Source: Balanoglossus misakiensis
Lineage: Eukaryota; Animalia; Hemichordata
DNA: 64,000 nt
Assembly (NCBI GenBank): GCA_040954595.2
Contig: CM082576.2
Location: 14,635,129-14,699,128 of the forward strand
Direction: 5' to 3'
The translations under genes were made by a program, and so were the position numbers. Below the pieces are notes generated by a model that was not told the origin of the DNA, ran no database searches, and saw only the letters and a list, made by a program, of their open reading frames with translations. Shown piece by piece: positions 15,901-34,947 of this stretch (the first letter of the stretch is position 1; the number at the start of each line of letters is the position of its first letter).

Positions 15901-16389
15901 TTTGGCACCAATCCTGTCACAAATTGTTTCAATCCAGTAGCACCACCATGAACATAATATGGAAGTGACTGACATACACTAGAAGCCTAAATGGTTTGTG
16001 ACCGAACTAGAACAATCATCACAACTGACACAAGAAATGAATCTTGTGGGGGGGTTGTGTTGGTGAAGTTGAACCTCATAATCTGATTAGCACTTTGTCC
16101 CATACTCCCGTAGTCACACAGTTTTGGAATCATATAGTACAGAATCCAATGCGGTGGGTCTTTTACATCGGGTAAACCCCACACAAAAATGTATTTGGTG
16201 AAATAAAAGTAAAGAGTGCTGTCATTCTGTTGGAAGTAATGGAGTGTTAATTTCTCTGCATTGGCGTCAATGATGGGAGTTTTGACGTCACGCCTCTTTG
16301 AGGTTTTTCTACTTACCGTGACATGCTACTGACTCTATCTGCAAGGGGAGTCTTTCAAGGATAGGTTCTGCCTCGTAAGCATCATGCAT
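941..16389 (-). CDS. VPS39: Vam6/Vps39-like protein (HOPS subunit), first 14 coding exons; 3' part lies beyond the left edge
   Basis: Exons 16317-16389, 14515-14580, 14197-14307, 13123-13217, 11924-12025, 9615-9707, 9080-9257, 7956-8076, 7319-7436, 4641-4770, 3682-3962, 2730-2871, 1931-2091, 941-1163 are all GT-AG and phase-consistent (1894 nt). Translation MHDAYEAEPILERLPLQIESVACHGDVLLVGTKQGHLLVY...RMCVAVKRKLQIFYWK...KELFPTGKQLEP...QIIDTTLLKCYLQTNDALVAPLLRL...IFTEDTPEVESLPRDKVL matches metazoan VPS39 (CNH, Vps39_1 and CHCR regions). Confidence 0.96.
2225..2395. repeat. Degenerate (TTCA/TTCG/TTTG)n microsatellite
   Basis: Direct reading. Confidence 0.9.
10266..11065. mobile_element. MITE, PIF/Harbinger-like (800 bp), in a VPS39 intron
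   Basis: ~43-bp TIR GGCTGCATTCACAAACACCTCTGGAGGGGGGGGCGGGAGAATT and its complement at the end; flanked by TTA on both sides (3-bp TSD); internal TTTTCAAATCCCCCC subrepeats. Confidence 0.85.
12217..12405. mobile_element. ~180-bp TTAA-site MITE (AGG...CCT termini, Kolobok-like); other copies 22120-22293 and partial ~27160-27325
   Basis: TIR AGGTATAC(A/G)GTCACC / GGTGACCGTATACCT followed by TTAA; shared internal sequence AAAATCTGTGATTGG.TAGATC.CA.TT..CCATGGTAAC across the three copies. Confidence 0.8.
13660..13978. mobile_element. TTAA-flanked MITE with long TIRs (Kolobok-like); partial second copy ~48890-49130
   Basis: AGGGACTAAGTCTCTCTCTCGCTGC...TTTGATACAAGACACCAT mirrored by ATGGTGTCTTGTATCAAA...GCAGCGAGAGAGAGACTTTGTCCCT; TTAA at 13656 and 13979. 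Confidence 0.85.
14928..15662. mobile_element. Non-autonomous TIR element with palindromic subterminal motifs
   Basis: ~70-bp inverted ends, each with the 24-bp perfect palindrome CTATTGACAGGCGCCTGTCAATAG (14945, 15624) plus half-sites; TTAA at both extremes. Confidence 0.75.
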
Positions 16390-16998
16390 TGTGCATAACC
16401 GTGATAAAAAGCGTCACATATACCCAAGAATCAGATCGTTTCGATGTAACCATACATGTTCAGTAGCAATTTGGAGTCGGAAAACAAATTATCATGTGAT
16501 CTCGTGTCGCCTCCGGAGGGCGCTGCCGCGAACTTTGAACTTTGACCTTGCACACATGAACGCAGAAACGCAGACCGGATCCGGAACACGGTACGAGGAG
16601 ACAGGTAGCCAGAGTTGAGGCGAGGCCCTGAGCTGAAGCGAGGATATTGGACTTGGAGTCAAGCGAGGTAACGCCTGGTGTTGGTTCTTCGTGTTCTTGG
16701 TCCTGCGGGCGCCGACAACGTAGCAATCGTGATACTGTCATAGCACTTCCGGGTACATGTATTTCTGTAAAATTCCATTCAGGTACAGAATACACGATCA
16801 CAAAGCGATTTCGCAAATTTATGTACACGTGTCCTTTGGTGAGTCGATCTATGTCTAGAAAGGGGATATTTTTGGAGTCCACAACCTGTTGAACGAGTGG
16901 GAGCTGAACCACGGACGATCGGCATTAAATCACAGACTAGAAAGAACCGTTACTTGACGTTGGTGAAACTTATTTGATCAAAAGTAATCTAGTTGAAG
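16390..16998. promoter_or_regulatory. Probable bidirectional promoter/5'UTR region shared by VPS39 and POGLUT1
   Basis: Divergent start codons only ~610 bp apart. The segment is richer in GC/CpG than the flanks and has CCGGAA/TTCCGG ETS-like sites. A TGACGTCA site lies at ~16283 in VPS39 intron 1. Confidence 0.65.
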
Positions 16999-18192
16999 AT
17001 GCGTTATCACCTTGCCTGTGTATCTGTCATCCTTCTGCTGAAAGTCTGCTGTGCTTCTGAAGACACGGAGGATATACCAGCAAATGCGACTGTCAAAACC
17101 AAGTGGAAACCTTACCTTCGCGAAATTGAGTTCGCCCTCGAGAAGTACACAGAATGTGAACAGGATATCAGAGAGTGTTCCTGTCACAAAGACGTCATAA
17201 ACAGAGATCTCAAGGTATGGAAAGACAGGGGTGGCATCACACAAGAACTGTTCGAGAAAACCTTGGGTCAGAAGGTTGGAACCCACTACCAGATCATCAA
17301 ACACAAACTGTACAGAGCCAAAGAATGCATGTTTCCAGCAAGATGCAGCGGCGTTGAACATTTCATCTTGAAGATTATCAACAAGCTTCCAGACATGGAG
17401 TTCATCGTGAATGTTCGCGACTACCCGCAGAGCCCAAAATACACCGACCCCAAACCCGTGTTTTCCTTCAGCAAAGTTGACAGCCAGATGTGGGATATAA
17501 TGTACCCGGCCTGGACATTCTGGGAAGGTGGTCCCGCCGTGTGGCCGATATTCCCAACCGGTCTCGGGCGGTGGGACCTCTTCCGAGAATCCCTCTCCAA
17601 GGAAGCCAAGAAGTGGCCCTGGGAGAAGAAACACAGCAAGGCGTTCTTCCGCGGTTCCAGAACCAGCGCGGAACGCGATCCACTGGTGCTGCTTTCCCGC
17701 GAGGATCCCGATCTGGCCGATGCGCAGTACACCAAAAACCAAGCCTGGAAGTCTGACAAAGACACACTCGGGGCACCCCCAGCAAAAGAAATCACCTTAG
17801 AAGAACACTGTCCTTACAAATACTTGTTCAATTTCCGAGGGGTGGCGGCCAGCTTTCGCCTCAAGCATCTCTTTCTTTGCAAGTCTTTGGTTTTCCACGT
17901 TGGTAACGAGTGGCTGGAGTTTTTCTATCCGGCGCTCAAACCGTGGGTCCATTACGTTCCTGTCAGCAGCGCACTTACTGAAGTCAAGGATATGATTGAG
18001 TTTGTGAAGGAAAATGATCAAGTTGCTAAAGAGATCGCTGAGAGGGGTTACAAAGTCATCCACGATCATCTCCGTATGGAAGACGTGGAATGCTATTGGA
18101 GGAACCTTCTCTTAGAATACTCAAAGGTGTTGAAGTACAAACCCAAACGTAATCGCGATCTCCAGCTCATAAATCCAAAAGATGAATTGTAG
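16999..18192 (+). CDS. POGLUT1: Protein O-glucosyltransferase 1 (rumi; CAP10/GT90), single coding exon, 397 aa
   Basis: ATG at 16999 (the ORF track starts at an upstream TTG). Signal peptide [19 protein letters not shown]; motifs [60 protein letters not shown]; C-terminal KDEL. AATAAA at about 19009. Confidence 0.95.
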   Translation: MRYHLACVSVILLLKVCCASEDTEDIPANATVKTKWKPYLREIEFALEKYTECEQDIRECSCHKDVINRDLKVWKDRGGITQELFEKTLGQKVGTHYQIIKHKLYRAKECMFPARCSGVEHFILKIINKLPDMEFIVNVRDYPQSPKYTDPKPVFSFSKVDSQMWDIMYPAWTFWEGGPAVWPIFPTGLGRWDLFRESLSKEAKKWPWEKKHSKAFFRGSRTSAERDPLVLLSREDPDLADAQYTKNQAWKSDKDTLGAPPAKEITLEEHCPYKYLFNFRGVAASFRLKHLFLCKSLVFHVGNEWLEFFYPALKPWVHYVPVSSALTEVKDMIEFVKENDQVAKEIAERGYKVIHDHLRMEDVECYWRNLLLEYSKVLKYKPKRNRDLQLINPKDEL

Positions 18193-18555
18193 TGTGTTTG
18201 ATTTCTGTTGTGTTTGTAGAGTTATAATTGCCGATCTTTGATTCAATTATTCACTACATTATCTTCATTATGCATTCCTTCAACCCAAAAATAAGCTTGT
18301 TTCTCATCTTTGGACCAAATTACCATGTCAACTATTTATATTTTTAGTTTCATAATGCCATCAGATTGTATCCCCATGTTGTTGAAACAAACTTCTAGCA
18401 TGTGAATTTTACATTGCGCAATTATACAAGATCAGTTGGGATGAGAACATCAAAACCATGTACATTATGGTTCATTCCATTGTATTTATTAGTAACATAG
18501 ATGAGAAACTGTCTTCTCTCGAAAACTGGTTTTACTGTAGGAATGTTTCACACCA

Positions 18556-18673
18556 TTCTCCGTACAGAGTTGTAGCCAACCTAGGCTAGGGGGACTGGCC
18601 GCCTAGAGTAGCTGCCAGTCAGACCCCCTAGCTAGGTTAGAATTATCCACATGCTACAATCTCTGTACGGAGA
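18556..18673. repeat. Hairpin (mini-MITE-like) in the probable POGLUT1 3'UTR
   Basis: TCTCCGTACAGAG-TTGTAGC...AACCTAG.CTAGGGGG / CCCCCTAGCTAGGTT...GCTACAA-TCTCTGTACGGAGA nested inverted repeats. Confidence 0.7.
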
Positions 18674-20079
18674 GCGGTTTCACATATAACTTAACTGTTC
18701 ATTTCAGTGCTGTAAAAGTGGCTGAACAGTTAAAATGAGGAAAATTGGATCTGCGAAAAGTATATTGGTTGTTTAGTAAATATCAACTTGAAAAATTCAT
18801 ATTGATACTATAGTACAGTGTACCCACAGCTAGATGATACAATTTTGAGAAATCAACTAAACGCCATAACGAAATCTTCTGCAGTCACAAGCTAAACTAA
18901 ATGAGAACTATAGCATTATACATTTAGAAATGTTAACATGTTAACCATTTATTCCCCATTTTAGAGTACACTAAATCACTTTATTTTTCTACCTTTCTTG
19001 ATCTCAGTAATAAAGTCTTTATTTATACTCCATTGCATTGAATGTTTTCATTCAAGAGTGTGAATGATTAAGATACAGCGATATACCCTAATGACAATTT
19101 TGTGTTTGAAAGATAGGAGATGATTGCAATATAACCGGTTCGGAGCTGCCAAAATTTGCATATACAAATGATAATGACTCTGACTCTGAGTTAAATTTCT
19201 GAGAGGTTTTCATATTTAACTCTTGTTTAAAGCGTACTGTTTAGAAAGGCAATACATTGCACCAATACAGGAAATATTGATTTGGGTATCGATCACCCAA
19301 ACTGCGCCGTAGACCAAAACATAGTGCATGTACTAAAAACTCTCTACGAAATACCTAATCCAATTTAAACTCAGTTTTCCAAGGCAAATGATCTGCTTAC
19401 AACTCTACACATAGTCTAAACGTTACCTTACATAACTGTGTATATATTCCAGGCCACCAAGGTAAGAAATATTAGCAAAGCGGCGAATCTATATCGTCTA
19501 GATGGAAACAAAGGATCTCGAGCGACGAAATCTCGATAATGTAGCTGCGCAAGAGGTTTAGGCAAGCAGCAAAACGTACGTAGTCTAGCTGCAATTCTCG
19601 GGGTTTTCCCCAAAATTCTGCGGGATTTCAAAATGGCGAGTCGAGAGTACAAACACTCGCTTTCTGTAAGGTTTCATTCGGAATAAAATGCACGCATTCT
19701 GGGACTAATGCGTTTGAAAACAGTTGTGCTAAACGATTTTGTTGAACTCCCAACAGTTTTGAAGAAGATAGAGAAAAACTCGGAGCACGGAAACGGCCAG
19801 CTCTGCATGGCACGTGTAACCAATAACCACGCCTTTATTCACCATAAGTCAATGTAGCAGCTAATATTTAATACATTTAAAACTGCACTACACCGTTTCA
19901 TATTTCTAAGAAGTTTTCTACCATCTCTTTTTGCCCCCGAAAATAATAAACAGAATATAAGAAATATGTGTAAAATAAGTACAGTTGTCGATTTGATAGT
20001 TAAAATGTGGACTTTACTAGCTCACACAGGCTTTTCTTGAAATACGTGTGCTTATCAAAATACTGTTTTAAGACGGCAT

Positions 20080-20312
20080 GCATGCATACATACATACATA
20101 CATACATACATACATACATACATACATACATACATACATACATACCTACATACATACATACATACATACATACATACATACATACATACATACATACATA
20201 CATACAGACATACATACATACATACATACATACATACATACATACATACATACATACATACATACATACATACATACATACATACATACAGACAGACAGA
20301 CAGACAGACAGA
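20080..20312. repeat. (CATA)n(CAGA)n microsatellite abutting the GAL3ST-A stop codon
   Basis: Direct reading. Confidence 0.97.
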
Positions 20313-23300
20313 CTAGCACATCCATTTCATTTGATCCACATATATCTCGTGTCGTAAGTCGCTTGCCACCATTTTCGTCAACCGTACGCAATACGTAGAT
20401 GCAGACTTCTCCTCCATACATTTAGTGTGTGTCTCATTTTTAACTCGACGGAAAGTTTCAAGATCTTTGGCAAAATCCCCATCGTAGTCTTCAATTTTCC
20501 TCCAGAAAGTGCGATTAAAATAATCATATAACTCCATGTCCATCACATTGGTTTTTCTGATTACTTCCTTCATTGTATCATCCAGTGGCGGGCGTTTGTA
20601 AGGATGGAACTTTGTCCAATTATACACGACATCGATGAAATCCCAACACATCAGTTTTCTCAAGAGAACCATTGACTCGTCGTAATACTCATGGATCATC
20701 ACCAAATCAATCTCCGATTCTAGTCGTTCCAAAGCGCGTCTTAAAACAGTATTTTTTGGACAGTTATTGACCGGTCCAAGTCCAAGCCCTAAATACTTGG
20801 TCTGGCTTAGTCGTGTCATGGTTTTGGGACAACCACTGTCGAGGTCGGCTTTGTTCTTCAAATAGTAGTCATGAAGGAAACTTTCAAAAGTGTGTTCTCG
20901 GGCCATCTCGCTAAACACCCCTTCTCCATAAAAACATGCTCGGACATGGTCGTAGGGATTTCTGATGATAGTGAAGTATTTCGGTTTGGGGATAAGGGCT
21001 CCCATGGCAACGGGGTTGTATGTCACATGCGTGGCCATATAGTTGTAACCTGGGAACGAGCTGCAGTTGTATCTTGTCACCTCCACCATCATACTGGGGT
21101 CCTCCGCTTTGTGTATCCTGATTGTAGCGTGTGCCCCCGGAGCGAGTGCAGCCACCAGATTGTGTTTCATTCCGTACATGAATAAAACATTGGACAAACT
21201 GCTGCTGCCGGTTTTGGGTATTTTGATAAAAATGAAATTAGAATAAGGTCGACAAGTCCTGCCAGGAAGATGTCGGACTTGGCTTTCGAGGCGATCGTCA
21301 CTTCTGTCTGCCAATTGCTTTGGCGTTGCTTTGGTTACCGTCAGCCTGATTAAAGAAGATACATGTCATACATATAGGTCAAAGACAAATAGGCAAAAGG
21401 GAGATGTGCATATTGCATCTCGACTTTTAAGCTATGATTGTGAACAGTGCACGATCATATTCCTCTCTATTAGGCTTTCGGGATGTTTAGGAGTTCGATT
21501 ATTGACAGAAAACGACAACTCCGAACGCGTTTGTTTTGTAAGTCGTATCCTTACACAAACTCAAAACAATACAGTTTGACGGGCTAAACATTCTGGATAT
21601 CGGCCAAAGTTCTGGAGCATTCACACATTCTCAAAACATTCATTTTTCACTTTGACGATACAACTAGTCTGTAAGTGTTCGAACGCTCCGACGCCCAAGA
21701 AAGTGATTTTGACGCTGGTAGTGAACAAAAAAAATGGGTGGGAACTTACCACTTAACAGAGGCAGGAAACGGTCTCGAGTTTTTATTCGAGATGTAGCCA
21801 AGCAAAAAACACAAGAACAATGCGGACAGCAAGCAGCACGTGAAAATACCACGCAGACGCCCGGCTGTTGAAAGGAAATAAAATGGCATTATGAAAAAAG
21901 GCAAACATGGAGAGCCCAAATCGTGATTACGCTTTTAAATCCAGAACCCCAAACATTATTTCCCGAGTCCCCTACGAGATCTCGAGTGGTCAGACTTATA
22001 TGGGACGACATTCTAATGTTAAACTGGACGAACAACACGTGGCCCATCGGTAAAATAATATTATTATTAATCTCAGGATTTTCCACAATATTTTAGACCT
22101 ACTAATGGAAACAGTTTAAAGGTATACGGTCACCTCCAATTTACATATCGCCATATATAGTTGAAATGGCGTATTTGAGTGTTCTAAAGAACACTTTATT
22201 TTCGCGTGTGCCACCCACTGAAAATCTGTGATTGGTTAGATCTCAATTTACCATGGTAACTGTGGCTAAATTTGTATAGGTGACCGTATACCTTTAATGG
22301 GAAGACCCTGTTTTCTCAGTCTTTATTTTTTGTTGTTGTTGTTAGATACATTCATATACAGCATCAATAAATATTAGAAGATGATAATACTTTTCAATTG
22401 ATTATTTTAAATATACAAGTGATGGGTATGGTATACATTTTATCGAATAAATGTTTTTGCGTTCAACCATCTGTGAAATATAACGGCAAATCCTTGCAAC
22501 AGATGTTGCGACATAGGCTTAGAAAAGTACGCTGCATTAGTGAAGGGTGTAGATTACTACTCCCGTCCGATTCTCATTGAAAATTTGTTACAATTCTGAA
22601 TTCGCAGCAACACGTACAATACAACTATCGCAATACCTGGCAGAATATACTTAAAGAAGGAAGTTTGAAGTTCTTCTGTAAATATTTACTGCAACTGGGG
22701 GTGGACTCTTGGCAAGCGCACAAAATGTCTAACTATCTTATATCATTATATTTTTTCTCGGTTTTATGGCGATGTGTGGCCTACTCTTAATTGTTCATCG
22801 AACCACAGACAAAGAGAAAAAACCTTTGTCTGTGATCGAACTGTGTGAACTATAAATCCCAATCCTTACAACAGATGTTGCATGCTGGACTATAACGTGT
22901 TACTATGAAATGCAGAAAGAAATACCAATGTATCTTCAAATTCCTTGAAATCAGAAATGATTCTGAGCATTGTCGATGTCGAGAATTTCCTATTGATGAA
23001 GTCGGATGAAAGAAAATGCTCCTTGCGAAGATTGTTGATGGCGGCATATACACAGTCGATACAAAGTATGAGAATCCTAATACAAGCAATGCTTTACATA
23101 AAAAGCCTTTTTAATTCAAAAAGTGCGATTCTACCAGGACTTTTATCAGCATTTTTCAATAATCTGTCGTGTTCACAATAGTGACATAGGCTTAGAAACG
23201 TACACTGCATAAAAGAGGGGGCCATAACAACTCCCGTCCGATTCTCTTCGAAAATTTGTAACAATTCTTTGGCGTTCTGAATTCGCAGCAACACGTACAA

Positions 23301-23652
23301 TACAACTATCGCAATACCTGGCAGAATATACTTAAAGAAGGAAGTTTGAAGTTCTTCTGTAAATATTTTCTGCAACAGGGGGTGGACACTTGGCAAGCGA
23401 ACAGAATCTCTTCTAACCATCTTATATCATTATATTTTTTCTCAGTTTTATGGCGATGTGTAGCCAACACTAAAAATATTAAATGTCTGACGGTGATTGT
23501 GGGGTAACTTCACAAACGTGAAAGCAAAAACTCTCAAAATTATGCTTGTATATTAGTTTACGCATGTACGTATGCTCCAAGTTGACGTAAATAGTTCAAC
23601 TTGAAACTTCGTCTTCTAAAAAGGTTAACATACCTGCTCGCCTTGACTCCAT
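20313..23652 (-). CDS. Galactose-3-O-sulfotransferase-like (GAL3ST family) type II Golgi protein, copy A, 388 aa
   Basis: Exons 23634-23652 (MESRRA), 21750-21864 (signal anchor) and 20313-21345, phase-consistent. 5'-PSB FIKIPKTGSSSL, 3'-PB TIIRNP, and Gal3ST-type DLVMIHEYYDESMVLLRKLMCW and N..D.ELYDYFNRTFWRKI. Confidence 0.88.
22120..22293. mobile_element. Kolobok-like MITE inserted in GAL3ST copy A intron 1 only
   Basis: TTAA TSD at 22116 and 22294. The paralogous site in the right arm (~58921-58950) is empty. Confidence 0.85.
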
Positions 23653-24930
23653 TGTTGAAGCTTGCAACTCGCTCGCCCGTCGATTGATCTTTAGCTGCAG
23701 ATAAAATGATTGAATTGATATAAGGCAACGTGTGGCGTTATTTATTTATGTGATCAGATGACACCCGGTGTTGTTTAAATGACCAACACATGCAGCATTG
23801 GTACCTATGACATACGTCATACATTTGTACTTTTCGTACATGCTTCGAAAATTGAACTTTCTGAATCATTATTATTTCAAATTATCGAAACTTGGGGATT
23901 TGTTTTTAAAGGGACAGGATCGAACTAATATTCTGTAAATGTTGATTATTTTAACTTTTAGCAATGAACATTTTCCGATCACATCTCTGCAGTATGCCGA
24001 TCGTCGTCAACACGTTTTAGTTAGTGGAATATGTACGTCGGAGTATTACGCTCATCCGTTTGCCCATGATTGCTTTCCTGCGCATGCTCGTTGTATGTGC
24101 ACACCTTGCATTGACAGATGTCTCTCTAATTTTGTATTAAAAATTCATAAAGAATATATTTTAAAAACAAGAAAATTACAATATTCTAAAATATGTTCCG
24201 GCAGTACAAATACGGAAAAAACTTGCACATACTCTTGTGTTCGTATTTGTGCTAATATTGCAAAATTTTCACAGCAGAGAAAATGGTAAAAGAGAGGTCG
24301 TTCGTCATGGTAACCTGTGAGACCCACTGTAGAGTGTATGGGCAATACAAGAATGAAGAAACCGTTGCGTTGTTTTCGATTGACCAATTCTTCAGCGAGC
24401 GACACAAAAAACAAGCTTTTCACATTTTTCACACAGTACTCCAGGTGGTTCAAGTAATATATTGTTTTACGACTTAATCCGTCAATGGTGCCTAACAATC
24501 ATATCAGCCAAGGCAAAGCAAGAACATAAAATGAGTTCATACTTATACAACAGTAATATAAATATTTTGCTATCATAAAACCGCTCACGTACACTTGAGA
24601 CTTAACATGAACGGCGCCGCAAAGTCTGCACCTGGTCCGTATAACCAGTCAGCCTCCCATTGTGTGAATGTCAAGTCACTCTTGGAACTGTAATAGTAAC
24701 GTGTAATTTACACAACATGTAAAAAAACTATAATCCGACCCCCTTAAAAACAAACAAACCAATAAATCTCCATGCCAGCCCATAATATAACTTAACCTGA
24801 AAGCATCTTACTTGGTCAGACCACACTCAGCTTCTGTCTGACCAAGGAAAATGGAAACGGCAAATAGGGTTTTACAATGAGACATCTATGCACGTTATAC
24901 AGTGTCCTACCAACGTGATGTTTCATTTAA

Positions 24931-25013
24931 CCCCTTCACTACCATGGTTTGATCCAAATCCATTGTTTTCTATGGTAAAGTTGCACCTCTGGAGGGAACT
25001 GGGGGTGAAAGGG
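24931..25013. mobile_element. 83-bp piggyBac-like mini-MITE; further copies ~8197-8285, ~28832-28930, ~43960-44049, ~56437-56525
   Basis: TTAA-CCC(C/T)TTCAC...GTGAA(A/G)GGG-TTAA with conserved core CCATTGTTTTCTATGG..AAG.T..GACCTC.A.AG.GG.AACTGGGG. Confidence 0.8.
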
Positions 25014-26377
25014 TTAAAGTAGTTCATGAGAGCCAGCTGCCATTGTGCAAACGTTGCTATAGGATCAAACGATGACAAGAAGTAGGGGAATAATTTATCG
25101 ATTTCGTAAGCATCAATTACGCATGCGAATTATATAGCCAGACCACTTGCAATAAAAACCATCCAAGCCCAGAAGAAGGCTGCGATATCTCAGCTGCGTT
25201 TCTTGGAGGTGGGATCTGACTGAGTAGTTTTGTGTTTTGGCTTTCTTCAATAAGGTAAGTCTGAATTCGAATCGCGTAAAATACTGACATAATAACGCTT
25301 CTGGTGAACAAAATTGGTCCATATAGGCCTACACAGTCATATACTGTGGTCCATAGGACATCCATAGATATCCTCTATACTGTCTATGGGATATCTAAAG
25401 GTTTGTTGAGCGATAGGCACACCGTTCTTAGCAATATGCGTGCGCGTCTGACTCTGTTTTTGAGAAGGCGGGAATAATTCCAAGTGTGTTGACCTTCAAA
25501 GGGTACGTTTCTTAGTTCCGAGTGCGCAGAGGGCGAGGTGGGGTGGGGGAGGAAATGACATGTCCAGAAAGTTGGACAACTTGTCAGTTCCAACATCGTT
25601 GCCCATAATCTGCGTCACCTTACAATTGACCAGCCTTTGGTTCTATCACACACAATCAGTTCTAAGGTAACTTATTGTCATTTTAGACTTGTAACTTCCA
25701 CAACCAAAGTTGTTGAAACTTGCCTACCAGAAGGTACATTCGCGCCATTGGTTCATACCCACAAATTATAATGACCTATAACAGTCTAAGCACGGCAGCA
25801 ACTCGGACATCTGATAGCGAAAATGGAGCCTTTTTATCTGAGGGTAGAATGGGCATGAGTAGACGGTGTTCTGGGACAGTTTACCATCAGACTTTTATTT
25901 ATCCACCACTTAACTTGAATCTGTCCCCAACACTGACCCTCACTGGCAGTGCCGTTAACTGTTCCGATACCATGCAGCGTCGGGTAGGCAGTCTGTCTTT
26001 TTCTGATCTTCGCAGATTGCATACAATGATCCAGTTTTCATTTTAACATTTCCACTTCGAAGAATATAAGAAGGTCACTTTGTTCCCTGTGGCTCTACTG
26101 GTTGCAGCCATGCAGATTAATTTGCTTAGTGGGTGCGGAAGGCGTGTCAGAATGCTTCGATGGGGGCACATGTATATCCAGGCCCCAAGAAAAGCCTCTA
26201 CTTAACTCCAAGGTAGTAGCGATAAACTGCACAGTCTTGATGTAAAAATCGTCAGAACTGGCGCGCACTTGATATTAATCTAAGATTTGGGTCATTTTGG
26301 CACATACACAGGTAGCATACCTTCCTGCTGCGGTTGCCAACATTCGATGTGTTTAGGCCCTATACCTGGAATCCACG

Positions 26378-34947
<8,570 letters not shown>

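Noticed and set aside
16460-16912. 150-aa minus-strand ORF between VPS39 and POGLUT1
   Set aside because: Non-ATG start, no domain features, and it lies in the promoter/UTR region.
16978-18069. Long antisense/alternate-frame ORFs (254 aa and others) over POGLUT1
   Set aside because: Shadow ORFs of a GC-richer coding exon with no recognisable motifs.
20000-20421. ORFs of MYVC/HTYI repeats (also 2215-2508, 31971-32446, 49497-50077, 61471-61847)
   Set aside because: Translations of microsatellites.
25113-25365. ORFs conserved between the arms (25113-25365 vs 56100-56348)
   Set aside because: Similarity is explained by the recent duplication; no recognisable protein and no consistent start/splice model.
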